The notes under the pieces: model-generated
Databases searched by the model: none
The model's input: the letters and a program-made list of their open reading frames with translations, nothing else
What the model was told of the DNA's origin: nothing
Position numbers and translations under genes: made by a program
Part shown: in pieces, positions 13,177 through 25,926 of the stretch
How the letters are laid out: each line of letters starts with the position of its first letter
Numbering within the stretch: the stretch's first letter is position 1
NCBI RefSeq assembly: GCF_009914755.1
Contig: NC_060925.1
Length of the DNA stretch: 64,000 nucleotides
Origin: the human T2T-CHM13v2.0 reference genome, Homo sapiens
Strand: one strand, 5' to 3'

Positions 13177-14637
13177 TTGTGATGTCTTTCAGCAGAATAA
13201 TTTTAGCACCTGTGTCATCTCTGGCATTTTTTCTACATACTAGCCACTGAGATAAATTGGAGAGTAGGGTGTGATAGAAGGAAGAACAACTTAAATATTT
13301 CTAAATTTTAATTATTCTGATTTAAAAGATTACAAAGTTGAAATAGGTCAAAATTAAAACTCTGGGGAAGAGTTCCCTTTTTTTTTTTCATGTATGGGAA
13401 ATGAAACAGCATCAGGTAAAATGGGGTTTACTATGTTTGCAAACTTTATTAGAAATTAGCTGTTTCTAGGGAGCTAAAACATTTCAACCGGTGCCAAGAG
13501 AGAAGGAAGGAGCCTTTGTATTTTGAAAGAATAATGAAACTAAAGAGTTGCAGCCAAATTTTGAAGGGGAATCCAAATGCTGTTTGGGGAAAAGATGACT
13601 AAATGAATTACCAGTGGCTGTTTGTCACCTCCCAAAGCTCTGTTGCAGAAAGACATTACTGAATAGCTTTTATAATCCTTTTTTCTTATCCTTTTCTTTC
13701 AAATCAAGTCAAGCAGAATATAGTTAAAGGCTTAATTTTCACTGAAATGTTCTGTGTGAAATTAGACCTTCTGAATCCAACTTTTCCCAGCCACCTTTTT
13801 TTTTTTTTAAGCAGTAAGTAATCAGTGTTTAATTACTTGACTTTTACATGGTACAACCTTTGAGACCTTGCTGACTTACTGAGGCTTCGAGGTGTATTGT
13901 TCAGAATGTTCAAAGACCCTGTATGTCTTGTTAGCATTAACAATGGTAAGGTTAGAAATGGAGAAAGTGGACTGTAACATGCTCTTTGGGTACACCATTG
14001 CACACATGATAAAAGCCTCAAATTATTTAACTTCTGATGTTACCAGGCACAAGGTAGAAAAGGAAACATAATTCTGTGCTTTTTTTTTTTTTTTACTTAC
14101 GATTGCAATTTTGTTACTAACTACTGGAGCTTGAGGCCCTCAGAGGAAAGATATGTCTTTGTGACTGTAAAACAGAAAATGAAGGCAAGAGTTGGCAGAA
14201 ATTTTTATTCTATAAGAACAAACAAATATATAATTCAGAACCATAATATGTGCTTTAGTGATTATTTATAAGCTATATATATGTGAAGTGTATTCCCTCT
14301 TTTAAGGTTTTGCGGATGGAGTCCATAAGTGAGAGACTTCACACTAACCCAAATTAAAACTCATACTACTTTAAAATTGTTTTACAGACTCGATCTATGT
14401 AAAAATTATCATATTAATAAGGTTTATTTATTAATTTTTAGTCAAATGTCAAGACACCAAATACATTAATATAAGGAAGAGAATTATAGAGTGCTCCCTT
14501 TATACCAGTAATACATCAAAGACGTCAGTGTGATACATGGAAAAAATTAATCCAATGACCTTGTGTCCTTTTAAACATACGTCGTTTCTACCCTGCCTAC
14601 ACCAAAAAAAAATTTAAAAGAATTTGAGATTCATTCC

Positions 14638-15129
14638 TGTTTAGTTTGTTTGCTTGTGCTGCTATGACAAAACACCACAGACTAGGTAATTTATAAATAA
14701 TGGAAATTTATTTCTGTTTTAGAGACTGGGAAGTCCAAGATCAAGGCACCAGCAGGTTTAGTGTCTGGCAAAGACCTGTTCCTCAAAAATGGCACAGTCT
14801 AGGTGTCATGACATGGCAGAAGAGCAGAAAAGAACAGACTCACTTCCTTAAGACCTTTTATAAGAGCCCTAATCCCATCCATGAGGGCTCTTCTCTCATT
14901 AATCAATTCTTAAAACCTATTTATGCCTAGTGTTCCATTATTGAAACTCTAAGCATGTGGGAGTTATTTATATCCTACTGCTCAAGGTCATCACTGAGGT
15001 CTGATTACAAAAATTCAAAAAATTGCAACCTCAGGCATAAATGGGCTAAAGCCTCCCGCCTCTAAATACTATCACATGGGCAATTAAGTTGCAGCATATG
15101 AATTTTGGGGAACACAGTCAGATCACTCC
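14638..15129 (-). mobile_element. MaLR solo LTR (MST/MLT1A-like), interrupted by MER85
   Basis: 'caccacagactaggtaatttataa...gggaagtccaagatcaaggcaccagc' and 'atactatcacatggg...atgaattttggggaacaca'. Confidence 0.85.
14916..15045 (+). mobile_element. MER85 (non-autonomous PGBD3/piggyBac MITE)
   Basis: 130 bp with 13-bp TIRs cctatttatgcct / aggcataaatggg and internal palindrome gttccattattgaaac; inserted at the TTAA of the host LTR (flanks ttaaaa / ctaa). Confidence 0.92.
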
Positions 15130-16099
15130 AATTGCCCACAAGCACAAATACATGTATAATAAAAGATCAAATAGAAATTTAAATTAAAAATTCTCAGAAA
15201 TAATGACTGTCTTGGCACAGGCTTGCAAATATGGAGTTATTGGTCACTTATTTTGATCTTTCATGTTTGATTATTACTTGTGATAAGTTATGATCTCTTT
15301 CTGGTGTTTCCTTTTTCAAAAAAAATTTTAGCCTCTAGGGGAACATGGTAGTAGCCCATCCTACCACAGGGACTAACCACATTCATAGTAAGTAGACAGT
15401 GTTGCTTCTTTTTTGTTTAAAGATGAACTGCTAATTTCCTTGTTATTCCTCATCTATACCAACAAAGAAAACTAATGTATATTAGATATATTTGGGTGTT
15501 GTCATAATTTTATTCCATTTTGCTTTCCTATATTTTCTGATTTTTTGCAATAATTATGTATTTCCTTATCATCAGAAAAAGCAATAAATGTGGTTCAAAT
15601 AATTGTTAAAACTATTTAAAGAGGAACAATCCAGAGAAACTACATTTGTTTTCGCCTAGAATTAGGTTAATTTATGTGGATTGAGAAACTTTGAAAGAAA
15701 AAAGTGCAAATCGACTAAAAATGAGGGTTTGAGCATGCATATTCCTTTTTTAGTGTGCTTTTTATAGCACAACCAGTGATACAATGATAGCCAATACCAT
15801 AGAGTTGCCATGAGGTTCAAGTGAGATAAAATGAAAGCACTAGCACTGAGATTGATGGGATTAAGCATCTGAAAGGAGGAACAGGAGGCAAAGGAAGAGC
15901 AGATGGAGGTGAAGACAGAGACAGAGTCAGAGACTGTGAAGGAGACAAAGATGAAGACACAGGCCCAGACCACCCAGACCAACCCTAAACTGTACTGTAT
16001 TACATATTGCTGCTTTTCTTTCCCCTTGCAGCTGTAAGTTACATATCTGAATGACATGTGCAATTTTGAGTGTTCTTTACTTTTTATATACTACTACTG

Positions 16100-16290
16100 C
16101 TGCTATTTATAGATGTCTTTGCCAATTTAGGCCTTTTTCACAAAGAGAATCTCATGTAATCATTACAGGTGCCATGTGAGATGGACACTTTCTCCATTTT
16201 AAAGATGAAGAAGTTGAGATTCACAGAGCTTAACTAATTTGCCAGAATTCACACAAAACTAGAAGAGGTTCAGATAATTTAATCTCCAGT
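16100..16290 (-). mobile_element. MIR
   Basis: 'tccattttaaagatgaagaagttgagattcacagagcttaactaatttgcc' antisense MIR core. Confidence 0.7.
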
Positions 16291-18027
16291 CTCTTTGTTT
16301 ATATAGGACTTTTAAAATCTTAAGATAATTTCTATTTTTCCTTAAAAATTTATCTTATTGTTCTCAGGGTTAAAGTAAAAATTTTAAAAACATATATATG
16401 AGGAAGTAATATGCACAGCAGCAAAAATCTTCATCTGAAACTCTAGTCTTTTTTTCAGGTTACAGTACAAATGATTGCATAAGTTTAACAGGGGCAATGA
16501 ATTTCTTTTGTAATGATTTCAACTAAAATGAACAATTTTATTTTAGCTATACTCACTTCAAATATGGAAATTCTGGTCCCACTAAAACCATTCTTTCAAT
16601 TCTTTTCAAGAAGGATACTCTAGAATTATTTCATTGTTGTTGATTTTGAAATGTAAATAAAATTAGGAAAATAATGAGCAAAGCAATCTACATTTTTATT
16701 CAGAATTTGTTAATTTTATTAAATTTATATCAGATATATTCTTTTTTCATGACATTGGAAAAAATATTTCTTCTTTTCTGCATCCTTTTTTTTGTACCCA
16801 AAATAAACTTTTTGGCTGCCTAGTTTATCTGCACTTGATGGATAAAAGAAAAAAAAAACGAATTTGCTGTTTAACAAAGGGAATAAAGCACCACTTTGCC
16901 AGTAAAACTCTTTAAATTTATTGAACAATTCTTCCACACTTTATAAATTATTTTTGTCTAATTGTAGCTACATTTAAGTTAATTTAAAGCATTTTCTCAA
17001 TAAAAATATAATGTTTATATTTTTCTATTATTTCCAAATGTTTTGTATCAATTTGATAATTGATTAATCACCAAATTGGAAAATTGTCATTTTCTCTGGC
17101 AATTTTCTGAAAAAAAAATGTCAGTTTTTTTTCCTTTTTTAAACAAACAAATGCAACTGGTTTACTTTAGTTTGAAGCTTGACCTAACTTGGAAATAAAC
17201 AACTGGCCTAATCATGTATACAGTGGAGATATTTAATGAACACCATGTAAAGTTTGCCTTGATGGACTATGACATAGAAAAACCCAGACGTGTTCATGTG
17301 TTCATGTAAGAAGTCACTGAGGCAACAGCACTTTACATTAACCATCCGCCTAACACTAGTCGATCCTTACGTCACAATCCAAATTGGTGATAGAGGTTGT
17401 GCAATGTGGGAAGTAAATTAAAACGTTCGAAAGCTCTCCTTAGTTTGCATTTCCTTTTTGGCTGCTTCCTGTTGTTTTTGTTTTTCTGCAGGGTCTAAGA
17501 ATTTCCCCTGGAGATGGGGAGAGAGTGGTTGGGGAAAGCAAGGGAGGGTATATATTTACATTAAGAACAAAAATGAAGACAGATAATCTTTCCTTTCTAA
17601 ACTACAATAGAGAAATAGATATATATATATCAATGACTTGGAGTGCCCTACCTGAATGACCAGAAACAAAAGTTACCTGTATTTTTGGGCTGACAGGCTG
17701 TGATAAACTATAAAGGGTTTCTGTTCAAAGATGATTTAATACTGTTAACAGGGAAAGAAGTCAGCAGGGCATATCCTTTGGAGACTAATATTCTTCATAT
17801 CTGAAATGCAGTTTTGGTTAAGGTCTCCAAAAGAGACTTTTAGAGATTGGGAACCTACATGTTTTTGCAATGGAATTTGACAAGCGTGGCATTTCTTACA
17901 TAGCAAGCATCCTAGGTAGCATTCATCAGAGAATCTTAGTTGCTTGTGGTTTTTGCTAAATTATAAGTTATTTGAAATACATAATTGTTTTTAAATTTTA
18001 AGTTAATACATATTTTAAAGTATACGT

Positions 18028-18029
<2 letters not shown>

Positions 18030-18071
<42 letters not shown>
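18030..18071. repeat. (GT)n microsatellite, about 20 units
   Basis: Seen directly. Confidence 0.97.
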
Positions 18072-18072
<1 letters not shown>

Positions 18073-19186
18073 GGAGAGAGGGAGGTTGACTTAGAAATTG
18101 AACGCTTAGAAAATAGAAAGCAGTAAGACCTTTCTCTTTTTTTCCCAAAGCAGATTTTTAAAGTTAGTTGAAATATTCTAAATCCTCTTACTGTTACCAA
18201 TAAATTCTGAGTATATGTCACATAAATGAGAGTTTCTTTCTCCTCAGGATAAATTTCCAAAAAAAATTTTTTGATATATACTATTTTGAGTTTCCTAATT
18301 TGCTTCTGACTGGATAATTTATAAATTTGAACCCAGAGCTGCTCAATTTTAATAGAAACTATTAACATTTGTCTTAATCTAGAAATAACATTATTAACAT
18401 TTTACATGTAATATATATAAGTATGTATATATGCAATGCCAATCTTAATTTGTGAAGAATGTCTTTTCCTATGTGTATAGGAAAGGAAAATAATATATTT
18501 TTTCAAAGTTTGGAAAACTTTGAAAAATTTGATATTGTGGTGATAAAAAATGAGACTGTGCTCGATCAAAAGATGACTTCCTAAACAAGTTTTATAGCTA
18601 AAATAAAAACATTACTTAATTTTGCCCCAATTAGATTTATGTAAAGAAAAAGATCACTTCTCTTGTGAATAGGCAAATGCAATTGTATCAAGGATAATTT
18701 AAAATATATTTTTTATCCAAATCTTTTTTAAACTTTTTCTTCTTTTCCAGAGGTGAAATAAATGTTACAAGACATACATGAAATAAAATGTTGTACTGAA
18801 ATATCTATTAACAGATTACTTAAATTGTCTGCATGCCAGCAAAGAAACATCTTGTCTTAAAACTTCTTTTGGATAGGAAGAAATTTGATTCAGAAATAAC
18901 TTAACAGAAAATTACATTTGGCTAATCATGTTCTAACATAAAACAATGCCATTCACATCAGAATTTATTTTGTAATTTTGTAAAATATATTTTGCTTTTC
19001 CAGCCAGTTTTGTTTGTTGGTCAAGTTTTCTGCCATAAAGGCATAGAGCATTGTCTTTGGAGGCATCAAATGGTCAATGTCTATGCCTGGAATCTCCTGG
19101 GTCTAAACTGAGGAAACTCAGACTCAAACTAACAAGTTCAGTTATTAGTTTGCCGAGGACATAGTAAACGCTATATAAATATTAAC

Positions 19187-19617
19187 TCTTTTTTTTATAT
19201 TATACTTTAAGTTCCAGGGTACATGCGTACAATGTATGGGTTTGTTACATATGTATACATGTGCCATGTTGGTGTGCTGCACCCATTAACTCGTCATTTA
19301 TATGAGGTATATCTCCTAATGCTATCCCTCCCCCCTTCCCCCACCCCATGACAGGCCCCAGTGTGTGATAGTTTGCTCAGAATGATGGTTTCGAGCTTTA
19401 TTCATGTCCCTACAAAGGACATGAACTCATCCTTTTTTTATGGCTGCAGAGTATTCCATGGTGTATATGTGCCACATTTTCTTAATCCAGTCTAGTATTG
19501 ATGGACATTTGGGTTGGTTCCAAGTCTTTGCTATTGTGCGTAGTGCCGCAATAAACATACGTGTGCATGTGTCTTTATAGCAGCATGATTTATAATCCTA
19601 TGGGTATATACCCAGTA
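19187..19617 (-). mobile_element. 5'-truncated L1PA (about PA5) 3' end with internal deletion
   Basis: polyT then 'tattatactttaagtt...cccattaactcgtcattta...tatatacccag'; 13-bp TSD tattaactctttt at 19180-19192 and 19616-19628. Confidence 0.93.
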
Positions 19618-20702
19618 TTAACTCTTTTATCTGGAGGTATTGGTTTTATAAATGGGAAATACTACATCTAAATTCAGTTTGTTTTTGTAAAGTCCTATTA
19701 TTTCTGCTTCTTAGTTGAAACATGACCCATTAATTTATGTTTGCCTTATTAAATGTATTAATTCTACATATAAAAAAAATTTGTTGATGATTATTTATTA
19801 TATAAGTATTAATGAATATAAGAAAAGGCTCAAGAGTTAAACGTTTGACTAGTTTTTGTTCCATTCCCCATTCATCTTTCCTGCTAATTTTCTAGTCCCT
19901 TTTAACTTTGGAAGGAACTAGTCGATGGCTTTTACCATCTCTCTATCTGTCCATCTATTATTTATCAGTCTATATTCAGGGTGCCTATTGTTGCTGCACT
20001 GATATTCTGTCTAGTGCATATTGCAAACTTCAGAGAAACAGGCCCAAAGAGCAAACTAGCAGAAGGCCTTGATTTAGCAGATCGAAAGGGAAAAAATTCT
20101 CAGGCATGAGGGGCTTTGTTGTCTAGTGAGATAACAGAACAAAGAAAACACAGATGAGCCACAAAAGTTCTGAGAAATAGGAAAAAAAAATAGGATACCT
20201 AAGTAGTATTGTCAAATTTCTGAGTGTAGAAAGAAAATTGATGTCACCTCTACAAACCAAGTAGTTTCCCAAAGAAGTTGCTTCTAATCAAATCTTCACT
20301 GCATTCAAAAATGTCTTTCGAAGTAACATTTTGCATTGGTAGAGGCATTTTATACTACGTGTTTGTAAAATACTTATTTTGGAAGTCTCACATTTGGGGA
20401 ATTTCATAAAGATCCTTTCTAACTGAGCATTTTCTATAGGAGGATATAGGTTTATTGGATTAATAAAAGTATTTTAAAGCAAAGTTGTAACCCTCATAAA
20501 TTAACAAATATTTTACCTACTTATTGATCAAATCATTGACAAAAAATTGTGTGAGTTAATTACAATTATAATGAATAATGAATTCCAGGTAACAGAGGCT
20601 TATGAAGCATAAATAACTATACTGACAATCACAGCTAATACATGTGCCATGGGTAAGATTCAAGTGCAGATCTAAGGAGATAAGTAAAGAACAAGTTACA
20701 AA

Positions 20703-20703
<1 letters not shown>

Positions 20704-20738
<35 letters not shown>

Positions 20739-20742
20739 ACGC
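20704..20742. repeat. (GT)n microsatellite
   Basis: Seen directly. Confidence 0.95.
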
Positions 20743-22375
20743 ACAAACATGCAGGGTTGCAGGAGAGGGAGGTTGGAGGAAGATCCAAACAGGCAGACAT
20801 AACCCCAGGTAAAAAGAAGGTGGTGAACTTTTGAACCCTACTGGCATACAGAGCGTACAATATTACCCACCCACCCAATTCTGCAGGTAATACAATCACA
20901 GTTTGCAGTGTAAATGTTTAATCCCATTGGTGTGCACTTCAAGTAAGAATTTTATTTCATTGGTATTAGTTCCTTATTTTTTCAGTTGTTTCTAAGTTGT
21001 TAGAATATTTGTTATCAACAATATTACTTTGGGCTTCTATGCTTTTAAAGCATAAGGACCAATAGTTTAATTTTGCAATGAAAAACCCCTACTAATATAT
21101 CAAGAATACAGAGTTGCCTAACATATGTTTTTTAATTATAATGGCATTTTCTGCTTCTATTTCCCAAATGTAAATAAAATGCTTGGTTATTTAATTTAAT
21201 GTGAATTAAGTAGTTTGTGTCATCCGTTAATGATATAAAATTGAATAAAGTAATTCTTTTTAGAGATAAAAAGTCTCTAAAGATAAATCATTCTTTTTAG
21301 AGATAAAATGTTACTTTGTTACACCTTTTACTTCATAGGGCACAACTAAAAGAGAAAAGCAAATCATGCATTGCTCTTCTGATATTCTTTGTTCTCTCTA
21401 GGATAATCTGCATGTTCATTGTATTTTATCATTTTTTAAAAATCTTTAATACCAGTCAAACTTGGCAACCTATACCAAAAAGTAAGGTAATCATTTTCAG
21501 AGAAATTTTGGGTTAAAGAACATCTACTTTTTCTCCTTGTCTTTGTCAATAATATTAGCAGAGTGGAGGGAAAGAGTGCTGATTTAAAACATGTTAAGTA
21601 CACTGGTAAAGAGTAACACCCACTAATAATACTAGTGTTTGTTAGTAATAATTATTAATTTTAATAACAATTGCTTCTGACTTTCCAGAATTTGCTGTGG
21701 ATTATTTCATTTCTCTTCTGTTTACCCTCCCATTTTACAACTGAGAAGACAGGCAGAAAGAAGCCATCCAGCCAAGATAACAAAACTAGTAATTGTCAGA
21801 GATACAAGCCTTATACGAGGCCACATGACTTGACATTGCCTTCCTCTGTGGAATGTAATTCTTTGTGATTTAAACCAATAACAATTGCATTTCCTATCAG
21901 TGTTCTTTGTTTTCTGCTTAAATAATTTAAAAATCAGAAATAATAATAAACAAAACTATTAAAATTATGAAGTAAATTGAAGGGTTTCCCCGTAATGCGT
22001 GGCATTCATTTTTTTGTCACCCAACCTCAGATTTATATATATTTATAGATTTAATTGAGACCACACTGTACAATACAAAGTTGAAAATAGAAACTTAGAG
22101 GTGAAACAGTCACACATGAGTTGTGGTACAAGATACTATGCTCTATGTAGCTAAAAAATATTAAAATTTAACACATTAGTATCCCCATATCGAACACATT
22201 TTGTGTTACATTTAAGAATATTGAAGAATATTCAGAAAGCACAGTGGAAGATTCTTATAAAATACATTCATGCTTCTGGAGAACTAGGGTAAATTAGTTA
22301 TGCAACATACACACCAGTGTGAAGCAATCTGTGACAGCATTTAAGTTATATTTCTGGAAAATGTGTGGCTGCTTT

Positions 22376-22412
22376 CATACACACACACAGACACAACACA
22401 CACATACACACA
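22376..22412. repeat. Imperfect (CA)n
   Basis: Seen directly. Confidence 0.8.
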
Positions 22413-24047
22413 GTATTTAATCCTACATAATACGTATTATTTATATAGAGTACAAGCACACAATCCTTTGTATAAATATATTATCACTATATAGTTAGAT
22501 TTATAGAATATATTTTAAATATGATAAATGCATATACTATAAAACATATTACATATTTTGTTTAATTGTGAGTTGCTTTGTTTTTTAATTTACATGTGAT
22601 ACATATACATGTCGTAATTCAATGTTGTATATAATAATTGTAATTAAATACATTTTTGTAACTGATCATTTTTTAAATTACAATAAATAATTGTCCCAGT
22701 TCAGCATTTTTACTAGGAATATTTGTTATCTCTAAGTATCTGAAAAAGATTTTTAAATATTCTAAAAGCCAATCAAAATACATTTGGGGTTTTCTTCAAT
22801 CTAGTAGGGAAAGAGAAAGATTTGCTTTATAACATTGCAAATTTAATCCTTGTAGAATGACTTTTGGTGACCCTTTTGTCACTGTGTTAGTTTGCAGAAT
22901 TAGCTTGAGTTTGTTCAGCTAATTCCTAGCCATTATAAAATGTTCCAGCTCTTTCTGATTTCCATATAACTTCCTAATTTAGTGACCTTCACTGAAGAAT
23001 TCCAAAGATTGAATTATAGCATAAGCGAAGTTTTTTATTTTGAATTCTACTAAGCACAATACATATTTGTGCCATATTAGAAAATAAATGAAAATTTTAA
23101 AAAATTAACAGCTTTTCATTTGGTTATCACCAGTAGCATTTTAAAAGTCTTTATCAAGTATAAACCTTTATTTTTGCATACTTGTACCTAGTACAGTACC
23201 TTGCTTGTAGTAAATACATAATAAATATGTATTGAATAATTTATGTGGATATTAATTTTATTGGAACCCAGATACACAGAAAAGTCTGTAGATAGAATGT
23301 CATTTTTGCTCCTAATGTAAATCTAAATATGATTTGAAAAAGAAAAGGCAAAATTTTTTAAGTAAATCAAATTACATTTCTTAATAAGCTTCTCCTTTAC
23401 AAACTTCTAAAATAATTAATAAAGCAATTATGAATAATGTTAAATTTTTCAAGAAGTTCAGACCCTTTGCAGCTAAGTTTAAACCAAATTACTTCCCATG
23501 AAAGACATTAAGGAATCATTTCCAAGCTAATCACTATCCATGAAAAATAAAATCATAATTGAGTAATATAGTCCATTAACACAGGAATTTTCCTTTCTTA
23601 ACTACAAAATGCTATTTACTATTACTCTGTCGTATATAATATTTTGTCAGGAAATGCCAAATGTCAATTCTGCATCTATATAACCTCTCCTTTTATTCCA
23701 TAATAAAATTAAATATACATTTTGAGTCAATATAATCCTTATAGTCAAATGTCTGCAACCATCAAACATTTGTAACCTGAATGTGTTTACTTACATATGT
23801 CCCATTGCTAAATAAGACACTATATTTTTTTATATTCCAAAAGACATGAAAGCCAGAAGCAATTATCTAGGTTTCATGTTAAGCCTTTGGCTTAATCCAG
23901 ACATTATGTACTATTGGTAAAAATCAAAAAGGGACTGATGTTTTGAGTAGGGGAAAATTAATACACTTAAACGGAATTATTTGTATTACAAACTCTATTT
24001 CCCTCTTTTTATTTTTCTTCTTCACTGTGGGCAAACATATTAATCTC

Positions 24048-24190
24048 TTTTTTTAATTTTTAATTTTTGTGGGTACATAGAAGGTGTATATATTATGTGT
24101 TACGTGAGAGACTTTGATACGGGCATGCAATGTACAATAATCACATTAGCATAAATGGGGTATCCATCACCTCAAGCACTTATTCTCTTC
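24048..24190 (-). mobile_element. L1MA 3' terminal fragment
   Basis: 'tttttgtgggtacatagaaggtgtatata...aaatggggtatccatcacctcaagca' is the L1MA1-3-type 3' end. Confidence 0.85.
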
Positions 24191-24428
24191 ATACATGTTA
24201 GAATAAATTACAATATTTTACACAAACCAAAACTGTATGTTTAAATTTTGCCCATCTCACATTTTGCAGTTGGGGTCCAGATTCTATCCATACATTTCTA
24301 ATAACAAGCCCACAAATTACTATCACAAAAATAGAATCCTAATTAATGCATCAGTTAATAGTCCTTCCTTCATAAAAATGACTGAGTTTGCTTTAATCTC
24401 CTTTTCCTGTATTATTTCTCAAAGATAA

Positions 24429-25926
24429 TGATGGCAGCAGTGGCCCCTCTGGAGTGGCCACTGCAAAGACACTCGCTGCAGAAGGAGAGGTGCAGCGAGG
24501 GTTACACACTCCATGGGGCCCATGGGAGCCAGGAGCAGGCAGGAGCTCTGCCCCTTTCTGGGAGCAGCTACAGCCACCCAGCCATGGCTCCAGACCCAGG
24601 CATCCCTGCACTCTCAGGGGCACGGGAAGCTCATGCCCTTGCAGTATCCAAAGTGCCTGCTCCTGCAGTCTCGCCTCTCCCGACTCCCGGTACCCGCTCC
24701 AGTGCAGAGCAAAGTTATGGCTGAGCCTGGGCACTGTTGTGACTCGGCTGGGTGTATGCATGCTTGAGGTGGCACTGACACTCCAGCCCCCTGACTCCCA
24801 GGGGCACTCCCTCTGGACTTCAGGTGCTGACAAGTGTGGGAGGGAGGCCAGGGGTGGCTGAGGGTGGCTTGGCGCAGGACTGCAGGCGCCTCTCGGCACC
24901 AACAGCCTGGGCTCCGTGGACAGCATGTTGATGGTTGGGGTCAGATAGGTGCCTGGGCAGAAAGGGGCGGGTCCCTGGTAAAACCCCACCTTCAAGTTAG
25001 GAAGCCTGGGGGCCAGGCTGCCAGTTCCAGGTGGAGTCCACTGCCCAGAATGAGAACTTATAGTGCTTTTTCCAGGTCTGCCCACGGCCACCCATGGACC
25101 AATCAGCATGCACTTCCTCCCTTCTGAGCCCATAAAAAACCCAGACTCAGCCAGACTTACACAGATGTCAGGACTACCAGCTGCCAGGAAGGAAGGAGCT
25201 ACCCACTTCAGGTGTCCTCAACTCATTGGGACAACCTACCTGCAGAAAGGAGCTATCCACTACGGGTCTCCTCAGGGCTGTTCTGTTGCTTAATGAAGCT
25301 CCTCTCCACCTTGTTCTCCCACCAGTAATCTGCATACCTGATTCTTCCTAGATGTGGGACGAGAACTTGGGAGCCACCAAATGGCAGAACTAAAACAGCT
25401 GTAACACAAACAGGTCTGAAACATGACCATGCTTGCCTCATTGCCAGCAATGCGAAAGAGAGAAGAGAGAAGGAGCGAAGAACTGTGGCCCTTCAGAGAG
25501 CCCAGACGCAGGAGCTCCCCAAGCCAGGCCTATGACACCCTCTTTGGGGCTCTGCAGTTCCTGGCATTGCCAGGCTTCTGGACACCACCAGGTTCCCAGT
25601 GCTCACAGTGGAAACACAGTGCTCACAGTATGCCTGGTCCAGCCACAGCCTCACAGGCAGTCAGCGCCTATGCTGGTGCTGCCACAGCCAGTACACCTGG
25701 CTATGCACAGTGGCCAGACCCTGTGCTCACTCAGACACCCCTTGCCACTCCACGCCTCGCTTATCCTTCACAGACGTGGGATCCAGGCCAGTAGCATGAG
25801 CCAAGCACAGCCTGATGGGCTGAGTGGGCAGAATGAGCCCAGCAGCCCAAGCAAAACTCAGGCAAAGGTGCCACTGGACACAGGGGATTCTGGCTGGAGA
25901 AGGAATACCCTAAGGATCCCGTGACA
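24429..25926 (+). mobile_element. MER52 (MER52A-like) ERV1 solo LTR, 1498 bp
   Basis: TG...CA termini ('tgatggcagcagtggcc' ... 'ggatcccgtgaca'); 4-bp TSD ATAA at 24425-24428 and 25927-25930; GC-rich; contains 'ggaccaatcagcatgcacttcctcccttctgagcccataaaa' (CCAAT/TATA-like block). Confidence 0.9.

Noticed and set aside
17936-20899. ORFs with THTHTH runs
   Set aside because: Translation of (CA)n microsatellites.
24393-25924. Cluster of long overlapping ORFs (up to 246 aa) on both strands
   Set aside because: All lie within the GC-rich MER52 LTR, where stops are rare; no recognisable protein motifs.
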